This document shows positions 56,111 to 64,000 of a DNA stretch of 64,000 bases, one piece after another. The notes beneath the pieces are model-generated. The model ran no database searches and was not told the DNA's origin. It saw only the letters and a list, made by a program, of their open reading frames with translations. This stretch comes from Eledone cirrhosa. Its lineage: Eukaryota. Made by a program: the position numbers and the translations under genes. Positions within the stretch are counted from its first letter, which is position 1; each line of letters begins with the position of its first letter. The stretch spans positions 2,976,001 to 3,040,000 of the forward strand of contig OZ024762.1 in the NCBI GenBank assembly GCA_964016885.1. Direction: 5' to 3'.

Positions 56111-56507
56111 ACGATGGTAAAAAAACTAACGTCAAATAAAGTGTCTTTCTTGCTCAAGGACTTAAGGTATCTCCCATTCTGGGAATCGAACTCACAACCT
56201 CACGATGGCAATAAAGACTAACATTAGATAAAATGTCTTTCTTGCTCAAGGACTTAAGGTATCTCCTAGTCTGGGAATCGAACTCACAACCTCACGATGG
56301 CAATAAAGACTAACATTAGATAAAATGTCTTTCTTGCTCAAGGACTTAAGGTATCTCCCAGTCTGGGAATCGAACTCACAACCTCACGATGGCAAAAAAG
56401 ACTAACATTAGATAAAGTGTCTTTCTTGCTCAAGGACTTAAGGTATCTCCCAGTCTGGGAATCGAACTCACAACCCCACGATGGCAAAAACACTAACGTC
56501 AAATAAA
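56111..56507. repeat. 92-bp tandem repeat (about 4.3 copies) derived from the SINE family 2 head
   Basis: caaggac recurs at 56155, 56247, 56339 and 56431. Each unit contains ggaatcgaac (B-box on the minus strand). Confidence 0.9.
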
Positions 56508-57346
56508 GAACTTATTCGTAAAAGTTTGGAAGCAGTAATTGCATATCCTATTGTAAAATGCTGCTACTCGGTCTTTTGTGTGCAAATAATGATCACTTAA
56601 AATTATAGGAAATATGAATAAGCTTCATTAATTCCTTAACCATTATTTACCTTACCGATCTACATGTAATAAAATATTCTCTCCATTTGGTACAATTACA
56701 GAATATAGGGAAATCTAATTGTTAATAATATTTATTTTGCAATGAAACTAGACACGGTAACTTCCTATTGAGAGTAGTCTTATTAATTGTGTCTATGTAT
56801 GGTTGTGTGTATGTATGATGTGTGTATGTGTAATTGTGCGTATGAGTGCGTGTATGTATGCATATAGATATATACACACACATATATATAAATATGCATG
56901 CATACATACTCTCCAAGACTCCCTCAGAAGAAGAAAAAGAAAAATGTTTTTAAATAATTGTTTCTACTTTAGGCACAAGGCCAGCAATTACCCAGTACAT
57001 TACTGGTACTTTATTTTATCGACCCCGTAAGGATGAAAGGCAAAGTTAACCTCGGCGGGATTTGAACTCAGACTGTAAAGGGACGTAACTATACTAGAAA
57101 GCATGGCGTCCAACCCTCTACCGATACTGCCAATTCACCGCACTAATTAAGGACAAAATGAAAACACACACACATAGAACAAACAACCAACCAGTAACAT
57201 GTAAATAAACAAATAAATAAACAAATAAAAACACACACAGACACCCTGATGTAACACATGCGCAAACTAAGCACACAACACACACAAAAACAAGATGGCG
57301 TAGGACAGAACAAAGGAGAGGTACAAAACAAAGAAAAGAATCCCCA

Positions 57347-57389
57347 GTCACTGAAGAGGTCACAGAATGTGTGACGAAAGAACTTTGAC
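57347..57389 (+). ncRNA. Minimal hammerhead (family D)
   Basis: gtca-CTGAAGA-g-gtcaca/gaatg/tgtgac-GAAA-gaac-TT-tgac. Confidence 0.78.
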
Positions 57390-58599
57390 AATATAAGAAC
57401 AACCGTCCGGTTATGGAACCAACCAACCAACCGGAAATTTATAAATTCTTAAATTTATAAATTTAATTTATAATAAATTGGAGTGAAAGCAACTGGTGCG
57501 TGTGTTTCTTATTGGCAACATGACCCTCCCAAAGTATAACAATATATATATATATATATACACACATTCGTGTATATATATGCATATATATATATATATA
57601 TATGTATGCATATATATATACAAATACGTGCGTGTGTATAACGTGTATATATTGAATACATTATGTGACGTATAGAGGTATTTATCCTTCATGTTAAGTT
57701 AACATGACACGATATTCCAATAGGCAACTTCTCATTTCATCTCGACTTTTCTCCCCCTTTCTCGCTCTCTTGCTTTCCTACTTCAATCCTTTTCCTTTTT
57801 TATTTCTTATCAAACAATCAATATATTATCTAAGGAAACAATGGATCGATAATCAATCAATGAATAGGTTAGCCGGAGACACTTTCGATTTATGATTTCG
57901 TTAATTATTCAAAATGGGGAGCCGCTAAAGAACAAAGCCATAAGCCGCGTGAATGTCTAGGAATGTAATATGGACTTCTTGATCAACTATTGAACTGTAT
58001 TGATAACTCAACCAAATTATATAACACTTTCTATTTTATAAAGGTGCCTAATGTAGTGGTTTGGCAGCATTGGACGCCATGCTTTACAACATCGAATTAC
58101 GGCCCTTTACGGTCTGAGTTGAAATCCCGCCGAGGTTAACTTTGCTTTCATCCTTACGTGGCCGATTTAATCGATTTTCCCCTACCCCGAAAATTACTGG
58201 CCGTGTACCTATAGTTGAAATCATTTCATAAAGGTGCCTGACTTGGTAAGGGGCCTTGTCCCCTATAAACCTATGTGAAGGCACTCCGTCAGTTACGACG
58301 ACGAGTGTTCCAGTTGATCCGATCAACGGAACAGACTGCTCGTGAAATTGAAATTAACGTACAAGTGGCTGAGCATTCTACATAGTTCTCGGGGAGATTC
58401 ATTGTGACACAGTGTGACACAGTGTGTGTGACAAGACTGGTCCTTCAAACTATAGGTACAACTAATTTTTGGTAGCTGAGTAGACTGGAGCAACGTGAAA
58501 TAAAGTGTCTTGCTCAAGGACACAACACGTTGCCGGGAATCGAATTGCTTGATATAGTAGAAAAAGTCTACGTTTCGGACACTAGTCCTTCGTCAATAT

Positions 58600-58667
<68 letters not shown>

Positions 58668-58691
58668 ATAATATGCATTTATGTATATACA

Positions 58692-58757
<66 letters not shown>

Positions 58758-58759
<2 letters not shown>

Positions 58760-59040
58760 AGGCGCATGGCTTAGTGGTTAGAGCATTGGGCTTGCAATCG
58801 AAACGTTGTGAGTTCAATTCTCGGACCGGGTGATGTGTTGTTTCCTTGAGCAAGACACTTTATTTCACGTTGCTCCAGTATACTCAGTTGAAAATGAGTA
58901 CCAGCAATAGCTGGAGGTTTAGCCCTGCGATGGACTGGCGTCCTGTCCAGGGGGAGTCTTGTGCTCTCAGTCGCTTCACGCCATGAAACCGGGATAAGCA
59001 CCGGTCAAATGAGCCTTCTGGCTTAAGACAGACTTTAGAC
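58758..59040 (+). mobile_element. tRNA-headed SINE family 2
   Basis: tggcttagtggttagagc A-box, gagttcaattc B-box, ccttgagcaagacactttatttcacgttgctccag body. Relatives at 33410-33680 (-), 58245-58545 (-), 59330-59530, 62140-62330 and 6890-7250 (-). Confidence 0.8.
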
Positions 59041-59949
59041 TTACGGCCTGCCCAGCCAGTGGGATGGCGTCATCGTATGGCTAAAACAGCAACATGCCGT
59101 GACATCACATACGACCAGAATCTGATTTATTGGCCTCTATCCTGTAACATGTGTATTCGATCTTGTTATTTCCTATAGAAGATTGATTGTCATTTGACAT
59201 TCTACCATTCACAGTTGGATCTCTATAAATATAACTTATGACTTTATATAGAAATACAGACACAGGAACACAGACATCTTTTGTAGTGTAGGAGAATGTA
59301 TATTTGATATGGACTATAGCTATCTAGATGTGGAGGAACGTGGTGGTATAGTGGTGAGGGTGTTGGTTTTACGATTATAATGTCATGGGTTCGATTTCTG
59401 GACTGGCTTGTGCGTTGTGTTCTTGAGCAAAACATTTCATTTCACGTTGATCCGTTTCGTATACTCAGCTGAAAATGAGTACCAGCTGGAGATTGAAACT
59501 TGTGATGGACTGGCGTCCTATCCAGAGGAAGGCTAGCGTGGCCTAATGATTAGGTTCAGAATTCCTCAACAAAACAGTTAAAGACTGAGGATTACCTCAC
59601 TTTGAAAACATCCAGCTGAACCAACATCGACTCTTGTCTTTCCATCTGCTATCAATAACACATTATTCACAGAAAATATTTGACAAAAGGAAAAAAAATT
59701 AACAAAAATGTTTTAAAATCCAGCTGAACTCTGTGAAGCAGTAAGCCAATATCGAACATAATTTATATATGAATATATATTGGAAACCGTTGCTAAGTGA
59801 ACTTATCAAGTCATAGAAAATAGAAAAGCAATCAATTTATAAAATGAAGTCACAAGAAAATATGACATTTTGCTGTTTTTACTAAAATATATTTTTACGA
59901 TGTTTTAACAATAAGTTCCATTTTTTATTTTATTTACGTTTCAGTTGGT

Positions 59950-59979
59950 CACACACGGCTACACATATAGTTACACTGC

Positions 59980-60043
<64 letters not shown>

Positions 60044-60775
60044 TACAGTTACAATGACGCATGCACACAGACAGTTACACTGAGAGTTACACATACACAC
60101 ACAGTTACACTGACACACACACAGTTGCACAGACGCAGCTACACATACAATTACACTGATACACACAGTTACACAGACACACGCACATACAGTTACACAG
60201 ACACACGCACACACACAGTTACACAGACACGCACATACAGTCAAACATACACACTACATACAGTTACATACACTTACACATACACAGTTACACAGTCAGT
60301 TACATACACTTGCACACACACATGCACATACACAGTCAAACGTACACATACACAGTTACACATACACAGACAGACACTTAGTTACAGAGACACACACTCA
60401 GTTACATAGTCACACACACCTTTACACAGACACATGCACACACACAGTTACACACACATGCACACACAGAGTCAAACATATACACATACATTCAGTTGCA
60501 TACACTTACACACACACAGTCACACACTCAGCTGCATTGACATGCACACACACAGTCAATCGTACAGATACACAGACACACATACACGTACATACATAGT
60601 CAAACATACACATACACACACAGTTACATACACTTACACACACACAGCCACGCACTGAGTTGCACAAAGACACACGCATGTACATACACACTCAGTTACA
60701 CCTACACACACACAACTACACACTGCGTTACACAGGCACACACACACAGCTACATGCACTGGCACACACACAACC
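59950..60775. repeat. (CA)n-derived degenerate minisatellite (acacagtt motif)
   Basis: Direct inspection. Confidence 0.9.
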
Positions 60776-61380
60776 AAGTTAATGGTGAAATTAACGTCTA
60801 AGTCGCGGAGGCTTCCACAGACACGTGTAGCTTTAACACAGTTCTCAGGGAGATTCAACGTGACATATTACGTGACAGGATTGGCCCATTGAATTATAGG
60901 GTTTCTTTTATGCAAACCCTCAATTTATCAAAGCGCAAACATCACAGTTTATATCATTGTAAGATGGTGAGGGCGGTGGATTGGCAGAATCGGTAGAGCG
61001 TCGGACAGCATGCTTTGCAGCATAGTGTTATGGCCCTTTACCTTCTGAGTTCAAATCCTGCCAAGATTAACTTTGTCCTTCGTCCTTACGGGGTCGATAA
61101 AATAAAGTATCAGTAATGCACTGGGATCGATTTAATCAACTTTTCCCTTCCCCTAAAATTGCTGGCCTTATTTCTCAATCAGAAACCATTAATGTAATCT
61201 GGTAATCCCGTAAACTATAACATACCTATCATGGATTCCATAAACTGTTGACGATACGGGATTACTATTATATAAACCCTTTCTATTTAGCAGGATACAA
61301 TAATGCTGTATTCGTTTCTTTGAAGTCACCGGTTATAATTTCATTCAACAACAGCATCAGCTCTCTTTCTCTCTTCCATC

Positions 61381-61437
<57 letters not shown>

Positions 61438-62931
61438 TCTCTCTCTCTATTGATGAAGGTACTAAGTAACCCGTCCTCTGATTTACGCGATACTTGTTTT
61501 ATTCCATTTGTATTCGCATTTCAGGGCCAACTTCCTTTCAAAGTTTTTTCCCATTATGCGCCCTTTTGGCCGTATTACATTACAGACAAGCAAGCAAGCA
61601 CAGAGTTTTAGTAATATATAGATAATGATTTCTGATTTCAGCACAAGGCCAACAATTTTTGGGGAGGGGAAGTCAAAACAATCCCATTTCGTTACTGGTA
61701 CTTTATTCTATCGACCCCAGAAGTATGAAAAGCAAAGCTATAAACTCGGCCGGATTTGAACTCAGAACGTAAACAGATGTAACTATATGTCACAAAACAT
61801 GTTGTCCGACGCTCTACTGATCTCTACCAATAATGCCACCACCCCACAAGTATATAATTATAATACTACATTCTCCAACAGGGTTTTAAAGGATTATTAT
61901 ATAAAAGTGATATGTTGTCCTGGGTATGACATTAAACTACATCCAGTGGCAAGGCTCCAGTTCAGGAACTGTGGGGAATGTGGAGTTACCCCTTAGTTGT
62001 TATCACTCCCAGATCTGCTCTGGCCCGGAGTAGTAGTACCTGTTAGGGCCCCATTTATGGGTTAACTAATTACCATACTCGAGTGGCGCCAGTAAGATCT
62101 CGGGAAATTTACCCGTCCTAGATAGATAGATAGAGATATGTGAAGTCACATGGCTTAGTGCTTAGACCGTTGGGTTTGCAATTGAGAGGGTGTGAGTTCG
62201 GTTCTCGAACCGAGTGAGGCGTTGTGTCTTTAAGCAAGTCACTTTATTTCACGTTGCTCTAGTTTACTCAGCTGTGGAAATAAGTTGCGGCGTCACTACT
62301 GCCAAGCTGTATCGGCTATACACTTTCCCTTGACAATACTAACATGCTCCTTTAAGAATCAACAAATATTAGTTTGTCCCCCTGATATTTTTAAGGCAAA
62401 AGAGGAGGGAAACTTTCTATGTGTAAAACCATGGTCATTAGTGTAGATAGTCGCTTATAAAAGAGACTATGCTGCTATTTCTAGTAGGTTGAATAAAGCC
62501 TGTAGTATATGTAGCATATGCGCTTAAAAACTAAATGTAACTACGTGATATGACTGGCTTGTGCCTTGGAGGGGAACTTTCTAAGTGTAAAACCATGGTC
62601 ATTATTGAAAGATGGTCGCCTATAAAAGAGACTAAGCTGCTATTTCTAGTAGATTAAATAAAGCCCGTAGTAGCTACAGCATATGATCTTAAAAATTAAC
62701 TAGGTGATATGACTGTCATGTATTATTAACTCCTATTAAAATTCAACTCATTTCTTTTCAACTTAGCAAATATCAACAACCCACCTTTTCTTCTCAAGAA
62801 TTCAAATTAAACGTGATTATTTTTTAATTAATTATCGAAAGTTTAATTAGATGGCCATTTATTAACGGATGACATCTTGACGGTAATCAGTCTTGAATGA
62901 AGTTTTCAAATGGTGTGTATGTGTGTGTATA

Positions 62932-62977
<46 letters not shown>

Positions 62978-63187
62978 AATATATATTATGCATATATGCA
63001 TGTATATATATATATATATATATATATGCAAATATATATTATGCATATATGCATGTATGTATATATATATATATTATGCATATATGTATATATATATGCA
63101 TATATATTATGCATGCATGTATATATATATGCATATATGTATATATATATATGCATCCATGTGTATATATATATATGTGCATATATG

Positions 63188-63217
<30 letters not shown>

Positions 63218-63222
<5 letters not shown>

Positions 63223-63457
63223 GAAAATGTTTGAGATGCTTCGTAAGGAAGGTATATTTGAAAAAAAGGAAAAGAATGACTTCACTTGCAGTGTTGAAAA
63301 ATTTATGATTTAATGTTATAATATTCTGATCTACCGACTCATAATATTATAATATTATAACATTAAATCATAAATTTTCAACACTGCAAGTGAAGTCATT
63401 CTTTTCCTTTTTTTCAAATATACTTTCCTTACCAAGCATCTCAAACATTTTCCACTA
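63218..63457. repeat. (TA)n-flanked inverted repeat, arms of about 108 bp
   Basis: Reverse-complement match with few mismatches. Confidence 0.85.
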
Positions 63458-63502
63458 TATATATATATATATACATACATACATATATGCACATACATTC
63501 AA

Positions 63503-63687
<185 letters not shown>

Positions 63688-63760
63688 CTGAGTTAGAAAC
63701 TCAAAGTAGTCTCTTACAATTAAATAGCTCTAAGAAAAAAAAACTTTTCCGCGCCGTGTA

Positions 63761-63836
63761 ATACCGAGAACAATTGTTCCACCTTAACGGATCCTCGGCT
63801 GAAGATCCGTTAAGGTGAAACAATTGTTCTCGGTAT
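63761..63836. repeat. Short palindrome centred just 5' of a hammerhead core
   Basis: Right arm CTGAAGA-tccgttaaggt-GAAA-caattg-TT-ctcgg. The left arm is its reverse complement with 3 mismatches. Confidence 0.7.
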
Positions 63837-63927
63837 GGTGAACTAACTGTTGTGTAACCACTTCTACCTAACTCGTCCCATGGACTGAGTGCTCTACCAC
63901 TACGGATATTAGCTTCCAGTGTTCTAC

Positions 63928-63989
<62 letters not shown>

Positions 63990-64000
63990 ATATATATATA

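Noticed and set aside
58567-58596. Partial HHR on the minus strand (ttgacga-a-ggac/gtcc-gaaa)
   Set aside because: Core mutated and stem I missing; not counted.

Overview
AT-rich, microsatellite-saturated animal genomic DNA. The SINE and repeat landscape suggests a mollusc, probably an octopod cephalopod (inference). Only one host gene is supported: an intronless class A GPCR of the allatostatin-C/somatostatin-receptor type on the minus strand (23562-24896). The rest is retroelement debris: about 25 copies of one tRNA-headed SINE, a second SINE family, RTE, R4/Dong-like, CRE-like and CR1/L2-like LINE fragments, and minisatellites. The most striking signal is invisible in the ORF track. About 20 type I hammerhead-ribozyme (HHR) motifs (stem I-CTGANGA-stem II-GAAA-stem III-NTH-stem I), from more than 10 unrelated sequence families, lie in short elements inserted into (TA)n tracts. 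Many are folded back into long palindromes whose junctions fall at or near the ribozyme. One lies at the 3' end of a decayed Penelope-like GIY-YIG endonuclease. All motifs were found and folded by eye; no search or folding program was run. Nearly all other ORFs in the track are microsatellite artefacts.
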